Assembly: GCA_048571215.1 (NCBI GenBank)
Contig: CP182352.1
Span: 3,392,001 to 3,456,000, forward strand
Direction of reading: 5' to 3'
DNA from: Halarcobacter sp.
Lineage (GTDB): Bacteria > Campylobacterota > Campylobacteria > Campylobacterales > Arcobacteraceae
DNA: 64,000 nt
Made by a program: the position numbers and the translations under genes. The notes beneath the pieces are model-generated. The model saw only the letters and a list, made by a program, of their open reading frames with translations. It did no database searches and was not told the DNA's origin. Shown in pieces: positions 40,655 through 51,562 of the stretch. Numbering within the stretch: the first letter of the stretch is position 1; every line of letters starts with the position of its first letter.

Positions 40655-41539
40655 ATGAAATATGTAGGAGCACATGTAAGTGCAACTGGAGGTGTTTTTA
40701 ATGCCCCATTAAATGCAATAGAATTAGGTGCTAAAGCCTTTGCACTTTTTACCAAAAATCAAAAAAGATGGGATGCTAAACCTTTTGATAATAAAACTTT
40801 AGACCTTTGGTTTAAAAACTTAGAAGACAGCGGTATTCAAGCAAAACATATCTTGCCCCATGATAGTTATTTAATCAATCTAGGACATCCAGAAGAGGAA
40901 AAACTTATAAAAAGTAGAAATGCCTTTATAGATGAGATACAAAGATGTGAAATACTTGGACTTGACAGACTTAACTTCCACCCAGGAAGTCATCTTCAAA
41001 AGTTTTCTAAAAGAGCACCTGATTATGATGATTTAATCTATAGTGCAGAACTGCAATGTTTAGAAATAATAGCAGAATCAATCAATATAGCCCTAGATAA
41101 AACAAGTGGAGTAACAGCAGTTATCGAAAATACAGCAGGACAAGGGACAAACCTAGGGTATAAGTTTGAACACCTAGCCTATATAATAGATAAAGTGGAA
41201 GATAAAAGTAGAGTTGGAGTATGTATAGATACCTGTCATATGTTTACAGCAGGATACGATATACGAACCCGTGAAGCTTATGATAAAACTTGGGGTGACT
41301 TTGACAAAATTGTTGGACGTGAATTTTTAAAAGGGATGCATATAAATGACTCAAAACCACCTTTAGGAAGTAGAGTAGATAGACACCATAGCCTAGGTGA
41401 AGGTGAAATAGGTTGGGATGCTTTTAAATTTATCATGAATGATAGTAGAATGGATGATATTCCATTGGTTTTAGAAACTATTGATGAATCAATCTGGGCT
41501 CAAGAGATTGAGAATATGTATAATCTTGTAGAAAAATAA
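40655..41539 (+). CDS. nfo: Endonuclease IV
   Basis: [30 protein letters not shown] and DRH motifs. Confidence 0.97.
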   Translation: MKYVGAHVSATGGVFNAPLNAIELGAKAFALFTKNQKRWDAKPFDNKTLDLWFKNLEDSGIQAKHILPHDSYLINLGHPEEEKLIKSRNAFIDEIQRCEILGLDRLNFHPGSHLQKFSKRAPDYDDLIYSAELQCLEIIAESINIALDKTSGVTAVIENTAGQGTNLGYKFEHLAYIIDKVEDKSRVGVCIDTCHMFTAGYDIRTREAYDKTWGDFDKIVGREFLKGMHINDSKPPLGSRVDRHHSLGEGEIGWDAFKFIMNDSRMDDIPLVLETIDESIWAQEIENMYNLVEK

Positions 41540-41541
41540 AA

Positions 41542-41679
41542 ACTTATTTTAATAAGCATCTTCCTTCATAACTCTACGTTGCGAAAAAAAGAATACAAAC
41601 TCATTTACTACAAGTAAAATCCTTCATATTCTTTTTTTCGCGCCTTGATTTATTTTGAAATCTACTCATTTAAATAAGT
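41542..41679. repeat. Palindromic REP/MITE-like element
   Basis: Imperfect ~12-bp terminal inverted repeat; internal stem gcgaaaaaaagaata...tattctttttttcgc; inner tttact/agtaaa. Confidence 0.6.
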
Positions 41680-41723
41680 CTTGGTGAATAGAATAGTTCT
41701 TAAAAAAATCCAAAATCTTTCCT

Positions 41724-41756
41724 TGTGACACAAATGTGACATAAATACTTTATAAT
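41724..41756 (+). promoter_or_regulatory. TGTGAC-N5-TGTGAC direct repeat 10 nt upstream of a TATAAT -10 box
   Basis: Same arrangement and spacing at 62080-62112. Confidence 0.65.
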
Positions 41757-41810
41757 TAGATTGTTTATTAAAAGAAGGTGTTTTAATCAATTTATTCTAA
41801 AGGAATAGTT

Positions 41811-43166
41811 ATGAGTCATTTAAAAAAAACAAGAGCTGGAAGTTGGCTTCCTAGTAGTGTTGAACAGATTGATGCTTGGATTAAGGATCTAAAAAAAGAG
41901 GTTTTAAAACAAAATGCCCCTTTAATAAAACCTATAAAAGATTTTAAACAGATGGTTGAAAGTGATGCTGTTTTAAATGGTCTTGCTACTTCTATGTTTA
42001 CAGAAGCAGCGATAATGAGAGCCAAAACTCCACTTGGAACCCCTGAGGTAAAAGATTTTGATGAGTTTTTATTTCTTTTAAATGGTATTATGAACCAGGC
42101 TCCGCAGTTTACCGAATGTCCAGATAAAAGTGGTGATGATGAACCTTGTGGGCTTATTGGGTTTCCTATAAATGCTCTACTTGATTGGCCTATGGCTACT
42201 AGCTTTGGTTATGAATTTTTTTCAAATGCTTTAGTAAATCAACAACTTAAAAAGATATTGGCTTATTGGAGTGAATATTTAGTGAGTAAAGATTCAAGAA
42301 AAGTATTAGTTGAAAGTTTCCCTAATAGAACTCCTAAAGTATTAGCTTGGTTAAGTGAACCTGCAAAAAGAGAGATGGTAAAAGTAGCTTGTAAAGCTGT
42401 AGAGGATAAAAAAGATTGTAGAAAACAAACTTTTGAAGATATTTTTGAGTGTGATCCAAATGATAAATATTATGGTTTTAAATCTTGGGATGATTTTTTT
42501 ACAAGAAAATTTAAAAAAGGGGTAAGACCAATAGCTAAAGGTGATGATATTATAGCAAATGCTTGCGAATCTGCGCCTTTAAAAGTGGTGAAAAATGTAA
42601 AAAAAGATGCAAAATTTTGGTTAAAAAAACAAGCATATTCTTTGGAAAATATGATGAATTTTGACCCACTAGCTAGCAATTTTGAAGGGGGTACAGTTTA
42701 TCAAGCTTTTTTAAGTGCTTTAAGTTACCATAAATGGAATTCACCTGTAAGTGGTAAAGTTAAAAAAGCATTTGTAGTAAATGGAACATATTATTTAGAA
42801 AATAAATATCAAGGGTTTATGCATAAAAAGGGAGCAGACCCTAGTGCACCAAACGATTCTCAACTTTTTTTAAGTGCAGTTGCAACAAGAGCAGTTATAT
42901 TTATAGAAGCAGATAATCCAAAAATTGGTTTGATGTGTTTTATTGCTATTGGTATGGCGGAGGTTTCATCTTGTGAAATTACAGTTAAAAAAGGGCAAAA
43001 AATCAAAAAAGGTGATGAGTTAGGGATGTTCCACTTTGGAGGTTCAACCCATTGTCTTATTTTTGGACCAGATGTAAAACTAAAATTTCATTTCCACAAT
43101 AACAAAAAACCAAGTATACATGCCGTAAATATACCAGTGCATTCAAAACTTGCAACTGTGAAATAG
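41811..43166 (+). CDS. Phosphatidylserine decarboxylase-like pyruvoyl enzyme (PSDC/PsiD-like type)
   Basis: GLIGFPINALLDWPMAT, SWDDFFTR, ACES, YHKWNSPV, and FHFGGSTH self-cleavage motif. Confidence 0.85.
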   Translation: MSHLKKTRAGSWLPSSVEQIDAWIKDLKKEVLKQNAPLIKPIKDFKQMVESDAVLNGLATSMFTEAAIMRAKTPLGTPEVKDFDEFLFLLNGIMNQAPQFTECPDKSGDDEPCGLIGFPINALLDWPMATSFGYEFFSNALVNQQLKKILAYWSEYLVSKDSRKVLVESFPNRTPKVLAWLSEPAKREMVKVACKAVEDKKDCRKQTFEDIFECDPNDKYYGFKSWDDFFTRKFKKGVRPIAKGDDIIANACESAPLKVVKNVKKDAKFWLKKQAYSLENMMNFDPLASNFEGGTVYQAFLSALSYHKWNSPVSGKVKKAFVVNGTYYLENKYQGFMHKKGADPSAPNDSQLFLSAVATRAVIFIEADNPKIGLMCFIAIGMAEVSSCEITVKKGQKIKKGDELGMFHFGGSTHCLIFGPDVKLKFHFHNNKKPSIHAVNIPVHSKLATVK

Positions 43167-43190
43167 ACAAAGGATTTTTCCTTTGTCTAT
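43163..43190. terminator. Hairpin terminator between convergent genes
   Basis: atagacaaagga-tttt-tcctttgtctat. Confidence 0.7.
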
Positions 43191-43258
43191 GTAAGTTATT
43201 TGATAGGCTAAAACAAATCTATTAATCCAATAGCTATAAGAGGAAGATTTTTTATTTA

Positions 43259-44224
43259 TTACTCTACTTTTTCTTTATTAGACAAGATAAGATCTAAATC
43301 TGCCTCTTTTGTATTGTAGGTTTCTATTTTTAGATCTGTATCCTCTTGTGTAAGTGCTACATAAGCTCCTTTATCTTCTGGATTTTTTACCATCCATGAG
43401 TTTTCTTTGTCTATTACTGTGTTTGAAAAGCCTAATTTTTCGTATTGTTTGATTAGCTCTTGTTTTAAACTCTCAAAATTTATTTCGTATTTGTTTATAT
43501 CTATTGTGTGAGGGGTTTTATTATTTGTGATTGTGATTTCATTTTCATTTTCAATTTTTGGTTCAAAAAACTCTGGGTGTTCTTCTCTAATAATCTTGTA
43601 TGTTGCTGATAGGGCACTTATAACAAATACCATAATAAATACATCTAAAACAGGATATAAAACATATAGTTTTGAAGATATAATCCCTATTAGAAAACCT
43701 ATAACAAGGTTATAAACTATCCCAATGATAAAAGAAAAAACTACAGGAAAAATAACCACAGTAAAAAAAGTAAGCAGTTTATAGTTTTCTGTGAACTTCC
43801 ATGCTTGAGAAAAGGTGATTTTTTTGTTTATAGATATTGCTGGAAAAATTATTGATAATCTACTTAACACTACTAAAACAACAATAACTGCTATGAAGGG
43901 TCCCACTATTGGAATAAATGCCAGTAACGCTATAGGAATAACTAGTAGCATCATAAGTAAGGAGTTTAGAAAAAAAGATAAAACAAGTTCCCATTTTGGT
44001 ACTTTATTATCACCTAATAGGAGGATTCTATGGGTTATAACTGCAATTACAAGGTTGATTATCATAAGTGCTGGTACTAATGCTGTTATCTTTATACTTT
44101 GGCTTTCTTCTGTAATTATTCTTATAATAATTAAAGCAAGCAGTGGAAAAAATAGAGATTTTATTAATGAGTCTTTATTATTAAATACCGAATAAAAAGT
44201 TAAATTTATGATTTTTTTGTACAT
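43259..44224 (-). CDS. Hypothetical integral membrane protein
   Basis: About six hydrophobic segments plus a soluble C-terminal domain. Confidence 0.7.
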   Translation of the reverse strand: MYKKIINLTFYSVFNNKDSLIKSLFFPLLALIIIRIITEESQSIKITALVPALMIINLVIAVITHRILLLGDNKVPKWELVLSFFLNSLLMMLLVIPIALLAFIPIVGPFIAVIVVLVVLSRLSIIFPAISINKKITFSQAWKFTENYKLLTFFTVVIFPVVFSFIIGIVYNLVIGFLIGIISSKLYVLYPVLDVFIMVFVISALSATYKIIREEHPEFFEPKIENENEITITNNKTPHTIDINKYEINFESLKQELIKQYEKLGFSNTVIDKENSWMVKNPEDKGAYVALTQEDTDLKIETYNTKEADLDLILSNKEKVE

Positions 44225-44357
44225 AGTAAGCTCCTTAAATGTAATTGTATTGTAAATACCATTAATATATAATTCTGAAAAATATTTTTATTATTTAATT
44301 TTATATTTATTTTTAGATGATATGGTATTATTTCAAATCACAAACGAAAGAGTAGAT

Positions 44358-45281
44358 ATGGATTATATTATTTCAGCACTGTTACCTATATTTTTTATAA
44401 TTCTTTTAGGGTATTTTTTAAAAAGAGTTTCTTTTCCTGATGAGAAGTTTTGGCAATATTCAGATAAGTTTACATATTATATACTATTCCCATCATTATT
44501 GATTTATAAACTTTCAAGTGCATCAATTTCAGGGGTTGATGGTTTTGATTTTGTATTATCAGGTGTTATTACTTTAGTTATAGTAACTGTTTTATTGGTA
44601 GTTTTAAATAAATTTATGTTTATGTTTGAATCTAGGGCTTTTACCTCTATATATCAAGGCTCAGTTAGATTTAATACCTATGTTTTTTTAGCACTTATTG
44701 ATGCAGTTTTTGGGGATAAAGGTTTAGTCTTAGCAGCACTTCTTATGACATTTATGATACCTTTATTAAATATATTTTGTGTAGGTATTTTTTCAATTTA
44801 TACTTCAAGCGATAAAATAAGTATAAAATCATTTTTAATTTCTGTAGCAAAAAATCCTTTGATAGTTGCATGTCTAGTGGGTGGAGCCTTAAACTATTTT
44901 GGGATAACTTTATTTTTGCCAATCGAAAAAACCTTATCTTTGCTTAGTTCTGCAGCTCTTCCTTTAGGGCTTTTATCCGTTGGTGTTGGACTAAATATAA
45001 AACAATTAAAACATGCAAAGATGGAGTTGTTTTTTTCTACCTTTGTAAAACTTGCTATTTTCCCTTTTCTTATAATGTTTGTTGCCATGGCGATGGATAT
45101 TGAAGGTTTAGCTCTTTGGGTTTTGATTATTTTTGGTGCAATGCCTACTGCTTCATCTGCTTATATTTTAGCCAGAGAATTAGGAGGAGACTTGCAACTT
45201 ATGTCTGCAATTATAACCTTGCAAACACTTGTTTCTATAGGTACCCTTATTGTAATTTTATCAATACTTCCTATTTCGTAG
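44358..45281 (+). CDS. AEC-family (auxin efflux carrier) transporter
   Basis: PIFFIILLG, NPLIVA, LPLGLLSVG and MPTASSAYILARELGGD motifs; likely start MDYII. Confidence 0.9.
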   Translation: MDYIISALLPIFFIILLGYFLKRVSFPDEKFWQYSDKFTYYILFPSLLIYKLSSASISGVDGFDFVLSGVITLVIVTVLLVVLNKFMFMFESRAFTSIYQGSVRFNTYVFLALIDAVFGDKGLVLAALLMTFMIPLLNIFCVGIFSIYTSSDKISIKSFLISVAKNPLIVACLVGGALNYFGITLFLPIEKTLSLLSSAALPLGLLSVGVGLNIKQLKHAKMELFFSTFVKLAIFPFLIMFVAMAMDIEGLALWVLIIFGAMPTASSAYILARELGGDLQLMSAIITLQTLVSIGTLIVILSILPIS

Positions 45282-45325
45282 TTTAGCTTTGGTATAATAA
45301 GTAGATTTTAATTTAGGAAAATTTA

Positions 45326-45676
45326 ATGATATTTTTAGTGTTGTTTGGTTTTATAGCAGTTGTAGTAGTATCACTGAATATCTATGATAATTCGAATCTT
45401 GATAAAATAAAACAATATTTGCTTAGCAATAATTGTCAAAATATAGTTTATGCAAAGGGTAGTTATAAAGCAATATGTGATGATAGAGTCATACAAATAG
45501 AAAATGCTTTTAGTGTTGATTTGAATAAAAAAGATGAGATGAAAATAGAAAATATAAAAAGTATAGAAAAAAAGAGTTTAACTCTACTTGTAAATAAAAC
45601 TTATAAAATAGAGTTTAAACAAAAAGAAAATTTAGAAAATTTTTATAAAAACTTAGAGGAAAAAAGAGATAAATGA
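45326..45676 (+). CDS. Hypothetical membrane-anchored protein
   Basis: N-terminal TM; RBS present; overlaps the next start codon. Confidence 0.65.
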   Translation: MIFLVLFGFIAVVVVSLNIYDNSNLDKIKQYLLSNNCQNIVYAKGSYKAICDDRVIQIENAFSVDLNKKDEMKIENIKSIEKKSLTLLVNKTYKIEFKQKENLENFYKNLEEKRDK

Positions 45677-47406
45677 AAGAGATAATTGATTTTATAAAAA
45701 GTGAAGATATAGAGAAAGCTGCTCTATTTGCCCACTTAAAGTGTTCAAAAGAGGAAGCACGCATTTTACAATATATCACAAAAGAGTATATAAAAGGTAG
45801 AGATACTCTTGTTGTGATTGATGTTTTAAGTGAGTTTTATGATGTGAAAAAATTTGAACATCTTCACCATATAGATTTGATAAAATCACTTTTAGAGTTT
45901 GGTTGGTTGATTCAAAGTAGTTTCGATCATGTAAAACTTAGTGAGATGTCAAAGCTTGAACTACTTAATTCAACTGTATCTTTATCAGCAGCATTTTTAA
46001 AACTTCTTGAAAAAGGTTCTTTGGAGTTTGTTTTACCAGAGATAAAAAAATATGAAGATCATTTAGAATATCTGCAAGACCAGTTTTTTAGAATAGATTT
46101 AGCCCAACAGTTAAATTTAGTAAAAAGAAATTTTGATGAAAACTCACCAAATATAAATAGACTAAAATCAAAGCTAACTTTGCTTGAAAATAGGATTAGA
46201 GATAGGGTCTTACAAACTGATTCTGGGATAATGGTAGAGGATTTTTTCAAATCAAATAATCTAGATGAACAAGAACAAATGCTTTTTTTAGCCCTTTTAA
46301 AAGAGGAGTACTCAGGTGGAGATGGAAGTATTAGAGATATGAACTCTTTGATAAATCTTGTTTCTAGTGATGATTATGAAAAGATAAAATTTAGAAGTTT
46401 ACTTGAAGAGAGTTCAAACCTAGTTTCAAAAGGACTTGTGGATTATGATGAGGTATTAACTCCATTTGGGGGAATAAATAGAAACTTTTATATCCCAGAT
46501 GAGATACTTTATAAAATCTCACACCCTACAAAAAAGAAAACTAGAACTAGAAAAGCAAAACTAGAGAATCTTATAGATGAACAAGATACCTTCGAGCTTA
46601 TTTCCACAACAAAAACCTTAGAAGATGTAATCTTAAATCCAAAAACAAGAGAAACTTTAGATGCTCTATTAAAACAAGTAGATAAAAAGGTTTTTAATAG
46701 ACTAAAACAATGGGGAATAAAAGATAAGAAAAAAGGTATTGAAGCTAAGATAATCTTTTATGGTTTTGCAGGAACAGGTAAAACACTAACTGCACTTGCT
46801 TTGGCAAAATCTCTTAAAAAACAGGTTCTAAGCTTTGACTGTTCAAAAATATTGTCAATGTATGTGGGTGAAAGTGAAAAAAATGTAAGAAATATTTTTG
46901 ATAAATATTATGAAATCAAAGATAGAAGTAAAACAGAGCCTATTTTGCTTTTAAATGAGGCTGACCAATTTTTAAGTTCAAGAACCACTACAAGTGCAAG
47001 TGGAAGTGAAAAGATGCATAATCAGATGCAAAATATCTTTTTAGAGCAGATAGAAAGATTTGATGGAATATTAATTGCAACGACTAACCTTTTGGAGACA
47101 TTAGATAAAGCTTTTTCTAGAAGATTTAATTACAAAATTGAGTTTAAAAAACCAAATGAGATAGAAAGAGAACTTTTATGGGAGAAACTACTTCCAGAGA
47201 ATCTACCATTGGAAGAGAACTTTGATACTAAAAAACTAATAAGTTATGAGTTAACTGGTGGCCAAATTGAACTAATAATAAAAAATACCGCATTTAAAAT
47301 TGCAACAGAAGATGACCCTATTTTTAAGGTAAAAGATTTTAAAGAGCAGATTGAAAAGGAATTAAAAGGAAACTTTGATTCTGAGAATAAAGTTGGGTTT
47401 TTTTAA
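45673..47406 (+). CDS. AAA+ family ATPase
   Basis: GFAGTGKT, SMYVGESEKN, LLLNEAD, ATTN and AFSRRF motifs. Confidence 0.9.
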   Translation: MKEIIDFIKSEDIEKAALFAHLKCSKEEARILQYITKEYIKGRDTLVVIDVLSEFYDVKKFEHLHHIDLIKSLLEFGWLIQSSFDHVKLSEMSKLELLNSTVSLSAAFLKLLEKGSLEFVLPEIKKYEDHLEYLQDQFFRIDLAQQLNLVKRNFDENSPNINRLKSKLTLLENRIRDRVLQTDSGIMVEDFFKSNNLDEQEQMLFLALLKEEYSGGDGSIRDMNSLINLVSSDDYEKIKFRSLLEESSNLVSKGLVDYDEVLTPFGGINRNFYIPDEILYKISHPTKKKTRTRKAKLENLIDEQDTFELISTTKTLEDVILNPKTRETLDALLKQVDKKVFNRLKQWGIKDKKKGIEAKIIFYGFAGTGKTLTALALAKSLKKQVLSFDCSKILSMYVGESEKNVRNIFDKYYEIKDRSKTEPILLLNEADQFLSSRTTTSASGSEKMHNQMQNIFLEQIERFDGILIATTNLLETLDKAFSRRFNYKIEFKKPNEIERELLWEKLLPENLPLEENFDTKKLISYELTGGQIELIIKNTAFKIATEDDPIFKVKDFKEQIEKELKGNFDSENKVGFF

Positions 47407-47511
47407 AAAAAAATTAAACATTATAACTAGTACTTATAATTCTGCTTTTTATAAGTTAGGCTTTATAAGAGATTAGATATTATTTACAAATAATAAAAGG
47501 AAGGATTAGTA

Positions 47512-47901
47512 ATGACACATATGGAGTTTTCACATCCGTATTTTGGTGCTTTTGTCATGTTTTTATTAACATTTGGTGCCTTTATTGCTACTGTATTTTT
47601 AGCAAGGTTTATAAGTAGAAAACTAGCAAGACTAGATACTGAAAAACTAAAAGCTACCCTATATGAGTGTGGACCAGAGGTTACAAAACAACCAAGTAGT
47701 GTATCAGTACAGTTTTATTTGATGGCACTTTTGTTTATTTTATTCGATATTGAAATTATATTTATGTTTCCATGGGCAATTGATTTTAAAGTATTAGGAT
47801 GGTTTGGCTTTGTTGAGATGGTTCTATTTATTTTATTACTTACTATTGGATTTATTTATGCATGGAAAAAAGGAGCTCTTGAATGGCACAGCATAAAGTA
47901 A
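47512..47901 (+). CDS. nuoA: Complex I subunit A
   Basis: YECG and [12 protein letters not shown] motifs. Confidence 0.96.
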   Translation: MTHMEFSHPYFGAFVMFLLTFGAFIATVFLARFISRKLARLDTEKLKATLYECGPEVTKQPSSVSVQFYLMALLFILFDIEIIFMFPWAIDFKVLGWFGFVEMVLFILLLTIGFIYAWKKGALEWHSIK

Positions 47902-48392
47902 ACTATCTACAAGATGGTGGGGCACCTATTGCCCTTACTACAGTTGACAAACTTGTAAACTGGGGACGATCAAACTCTTTATGGCCACTAACTTATGGTC
48001 TTGCCTGTTGTGCGATTGAGATGATGGCTACAGGGGCATCAAGATATGACTTTGATAGATTTGGTACTATTTTTAGAGCAAGTCCTAGACAAGCAGATGT
48101 TATTGTTATAGCTGGAACTCTTACAAAAAAACACGCAGAGTTTATGAGAAGATTATATGACCAAATGCCAGATCCAAAATGGGTTATCTCTATGGGATCT
48201 TGTGCAAATACAGGTGGTATGTTTAATACTTATGCAACAGTTCAAGGAGCTGATAGAATTGTTCCTGTTGATATCTATCTTCCAGGTTGTGCTCCAAGAC
48301 CTGAAACCTTACAATATGCACTTATGATGCTTCAAAAAAAGATTAGAAGAGAGTCTATTTTTAGATCAATCAAGAAAAAAAGGTTAGTGTAA
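47883..48392 (+). CDS. nuoB: Complex I subunit B
   Basis: GLACCAIEM and PGCAPRPE motifs. Confidence 0.97.
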   Translation: MAQHKVNYLQDGGAPIALTTVDKLVNWGRSNSLWPLTYGLACCAIEMMATGASRYDFDRFGTIFRASPRQADVIVIAGTLTKKHAEFMRRLYDQMPDPKWVISMGSCANTGGMFNTYATVQGADRIVPVDIYLPGCAPRPETLQYALMMLQKKIRRESIFRSIKKKRLV

Positions 48393-49201
48393 TGAGAAAA
48401 TATACGCCTAAAAATGATGTTCAACAAAAATCATATTTTAATGATAGATTTTATGTAGCACCACAAACTCCCAAAAAAGAAGCAAGTAGTGATGAGATTT
48501 ACTCAGCTGATATGGAAGGTTTACAAAGCAATTTTAAAATTCTTGATAGTTTTATTGAAATTGAGGAGTTGGTAGTACATATTAATCCAGAAGATAATGT
48601 AAAGGTTCTTACTTTTTTAAGGGATAACTTAGAGTATGAGATGCTTATGGAACTATCAGCAATAGATTATATCGCACAAAGAGGTGGTTTTGAAATCTTT
48701 TATGAGATGCTTTCATTGACTAAGAGAAAAAGAATGAGAGTTAAAACTTTTATTAGACAAAAACAACCAATCGAATCTGTATACTCAGTATTTAAAATGG
48801 CAAACTGGGCAGAACGAGAGATGTACGATATGTACGGGGTTAAAATTACAAACCATCCAAATATGAAAAGAATCCTTATGCCAGATGATTGGTATGACCA
48901 TCCATTAAGAAAAACATATCCTTTAGAGGGTGATGAAGTAGCACAATGGTACGAAGTAGATAAGATCTTTGGAAAAGAAGCAAGAGATATTATTGGACCT
49001 GAAAACAGAGATTGCGCAATGGTTGATAGATATGATACAAAAAGATTTTCTAGACTTGGACATGAGGTTCCTTATGGAGTTGATATCACCGATGGAAAAG
49101 AACCAGAGCATACTCCACTTGCTTATCAAGAAGAGGGTGGAGTTCCTATTATCAAAAAACTTCATGAAGATGAATCAGTTACATTAGAGAAAAGAAGGTA
49201 A
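48392..49201 (+). CDS. nuoC: Complex I subunit C
   Basis: [11 protein letters not shown] and HPLRK motifs. Confidence 0.95.
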   Translation: MRKYTPKNDVQQKSYFNDRFYVAPQTPKKEASSDEIYSADMEGLQSNFKILDSFIEIEELVVHINPEDNVKVLTFLRDNLEYEMLMELSAIDYIAQRGGFEIFYEMLSLTKRKRMRVKTFIRQKQPIESVYSVFKMANWAEREMYDMYGVKITNHPNMKRILMPDDWYDHPLRKTYPLEGDEVAQWYEVDKIFGKEARDIIGPENRDCAMVDRYDTKRFSRLGHEVPYGVDITDGKEPEHTPLAYQEEGGVPIIKKLHEDESVTLEKRR

Positions 49202-49206
49202 GTAGG

Positions 49207-50436
49207 ATGCAACAATCAGTAAATAGATTAAAACCTTTCTTTGAAAATATCCATTTCGAGAAAGAAGATAATACCATGATGGTTAACTTCGGTCCTCAAC
49301 ATCCATCTGCACACGGACAAATGAGACTGATGTTAGAACTTCAAGGGGAAGAGGTAGTTAAGGCTCATCCAGGAGTTGGATATCTTCATAGGGGTATGGA
49401 GAAAATGGGTGAGAATATGATTTATAATGAATTCTTACCAACTACAGATAGAATGGATTATATAGCTTCAACTTCAAACAATTATGGTTTTGCCTTGGCT
49501 GTTGAAAAACTTTTAGGGATAGAAGCGCCAAGAAGAGGTGAAATTATTAGAACTATGCTTCTAGAGATAAATAGAATTATGTCTCACTTATTTTGGCTTG
49601 CAACCCATGCTCTTGATGTGGGTGCAATGTCTGTATTCTTATACGCTTTTAGAGAAAGAGAATTTGCAATGGACCTAATAGAGGATTATTGTGGAGCTAG
49701 ACTTACCCATAGTGCAGTTAGAATAGGGGGAGTTCCTTTAGATTTACCACAAGGTTGGTGTGAGCAATTAGAGGATTTCTTAAAGATTTTAGAAACAGAA
49801 ATTGAAAAATATGAGGGTCTTTTAACAGAAAATAGAATCTGGAGAATGAGACTTGAAAATGTTGGTGTTATTGATGAAAAACTAGCAAAAACTTGGGGAT
49901 GTTCAGGGGTTATTCTTAGAGCATCAGGAGTTAAATGGGATTTAAGAAGAGAGATGCCATATGGTTTATATCCAGAGTTAGACTTTGATGTTCCAATTGC
50001 TAGTACAGGTGACTGTTATGGAAGATATAAGTGTCATATGCAAGAGATGAGAGAATCAGCAAAAATATTAAGACAATTAATACCTATGTATAAAGGAAGT
50101 GAATCTCAACTTATGGCACATGCTCCTGAGTATATCTCAGCAAGCAAAGAGGATATTATGACTCAAAACTACTCTTTAATGCAACACTTTGTTTTAGTAA
50201 CACAAGGTATGAGACCACCAAAAGGTGAGGTTTATGTTGCAACAGAATCACCAAAAGGTGAATTAGGATATATGATAGTAAGTGATGGAAGCCCATATGC
50301 TTATAAACTAAAACTAAGAGCACCTTCATTTTGGCATACAGGTATTTTAGAGGATTTATTACCAGGGCATCAATTGGCAGATGTGGTTGCAATTATTGGT
50401 AATCTAAATGTAGTTTTTGGTGAGATTGATAGATAG
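49207..50436 (+). CDS. nuoD: Complex I subunit D
   Basis: [21 protein letters not shown] and GEIDR motifs. Confidence 0.97.
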   Translation: MQQSVNRLKPFFENIHFEKEDNTMMVNFGPQHPSAHGQMRLMLELQGEEVVKAHPGVGYLHRGMEKMGENMIYNEFLPTTDRMDYIASTSNNYGFALAVEKLLGIEAPRRGEIIRTMLLEINRIMSHLFWLATHALDVGAMSVFLYAFREREFAMDLIEDYCGARLTHSAVRIGGVPLDLPQGWCEQLEDFLKILETEIEKYEGLLTENRIWRMRLENVGVIDEKLAKTWGCSGVILRASGVKWDLRREMPYGLYPELDFDVPIASTGDCYGRYKCHMQEMRESAKILRQLIPMYKGSESQLMAHAPEYISASKEDIMTQNYSLMQHFVLVTQGMRPPKGEVYVATESPKGELGYMIVSDGSPYAYKLKLRAPSFWHTGILEDLLPGHQLADVVAIIGNLNVVFGEIDR

Positions 50437-50450
50437 GCATAGGAGTTATA

Positions 50451-50753
50451 ATGAAAAGATTTGATTTAAGACCATTAAAAGATAACTTCTATGACAGAAT
50501 GTTGGAACTAATGGATAAGGATATAAGCCAAGGGGAAAATGCAATTTTTCTTTTTGAGATTGGAGATTTTACTTGTGTTCAAAAAAGTGCGGATATTATT
50601 TATGAAGCAGGATATACTTTGATGAACTCACTAAAGTTTAATGAAGTTGATTGGACAATAGTTGTAAAAAAAATAAAACCTGAGCCAAAAATCCAAGAAG
50701 AGTTTGAGGAAAAAACAGTTATTAAAAATGATGACGAGGATGATGACGAATAA
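50451..50753 (+). CDS. Campylobacterota-type NuoE substitute
   Basis: Occupies the nuoE position; IFLFEIGDF...LMNSLKFNEVDW; lacks 2Fe-2S cysteines. Confidence 0.8.
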   Translation: MKRFDLRPLKDNFYDRMLELMDKDISQGENAIFLFEIGDFTCVQKSADIIYEAGYTLMNSLKFNEVDWTIVVKKIKPEPKIQEEFEEKTVIKNDDEDDDE

Positions 50754-51562
50754 TGGGAAAAAAAGAGATTATTTCAAAAAGTGATTATATCATCACTTTC
50801 GGTTCATTTTTATCAAGTGATAATGAGGTTATAAAAGAGGCGATTATTCATGCAATTGCAAAAAATAGTGCGGAATATATCTATATGCATCCTATTGATA
50901 ATATCGATTTAAAAGTTTATTACTCACAATTTATCAAATACGAAGTTGGAAGTGAAGAGGGGATTGTTTCACTTTTATTAGATACCTTTGTAAAAGAAGC
51001 AAGTCCTAAAGTAAAAGAGTATATCAATGATTTGGATATTGGCTATATCTCTGCTGAAAGCTCAGCTGGTGAAGAGGAGTTTGAAGAGGCTTTAGAAAAA
51101 CTTGAAAATAAAGAGGAAGCAATTTTAGTTGTGGGAAGAGATATCGCAAGACATCCTAGACTTGATAATATTATTAAAATGCTTTCAGTAATACATAGAT
51201 ACAGCAATCTAAGTGTTGTAGCTTTAGATGAACATATTCAAAGTGCTATACAAAAATGTGATGAATCCCTTTGCGAAGTTGAGGAATTAGCTTCATATAA
51301 TGGCACAGTTATTTATACTACCTTTGAAGAGCAAAACGAAGGTAAACTTATAGGGAGTGAATCTTTTGCAAGGGTTGCAAAAATTACTAATAAAAGTAAG
51401 ATTTTAATAGATTATGGCAATGAAAAAATCCCAAAAGATTTTGTAATAGATAAAGATTTACAAGGAATGGTTGCCTTATGTGCAATAGGTAATGATGATT
51501 CAACTAGTTTGTCTCAAGGTTATAGATTTAAACAAGTAAAGATAGAAAAGGTTGATGCATAA
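50753..51562 (+). CDS. Campylobacterota-type NuoF substitute
   Basis: Occupies the nuoF position; YEVGSEEG and DIGYISAES motifs; no FMN/NADH motifs. Confidence 0.75.
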   Translation: MGKKEIISKSDYIITFGSFLSSDNEVIKEAIIHAIAKNSAEYIYMHPIDNIDLKVYYSQFIKYEVGSEEGIVSLLLDTFVKEASPKVKEYINDLDIGYISAESSAGEEEFEEALEKLENKEEAILVVGRDIARHPRLDNIIKMLSVIHRYSNLSVVALDEHIQSAIQKCDESLCEVEELASYNGTVIYTTFEEQNEGKLIGSESFARVAKITNKSKILIDYGNEKIPKDFVIDKDLQGMVALCAIGNDDSTSLSQGYRFKQVKIEKVDA

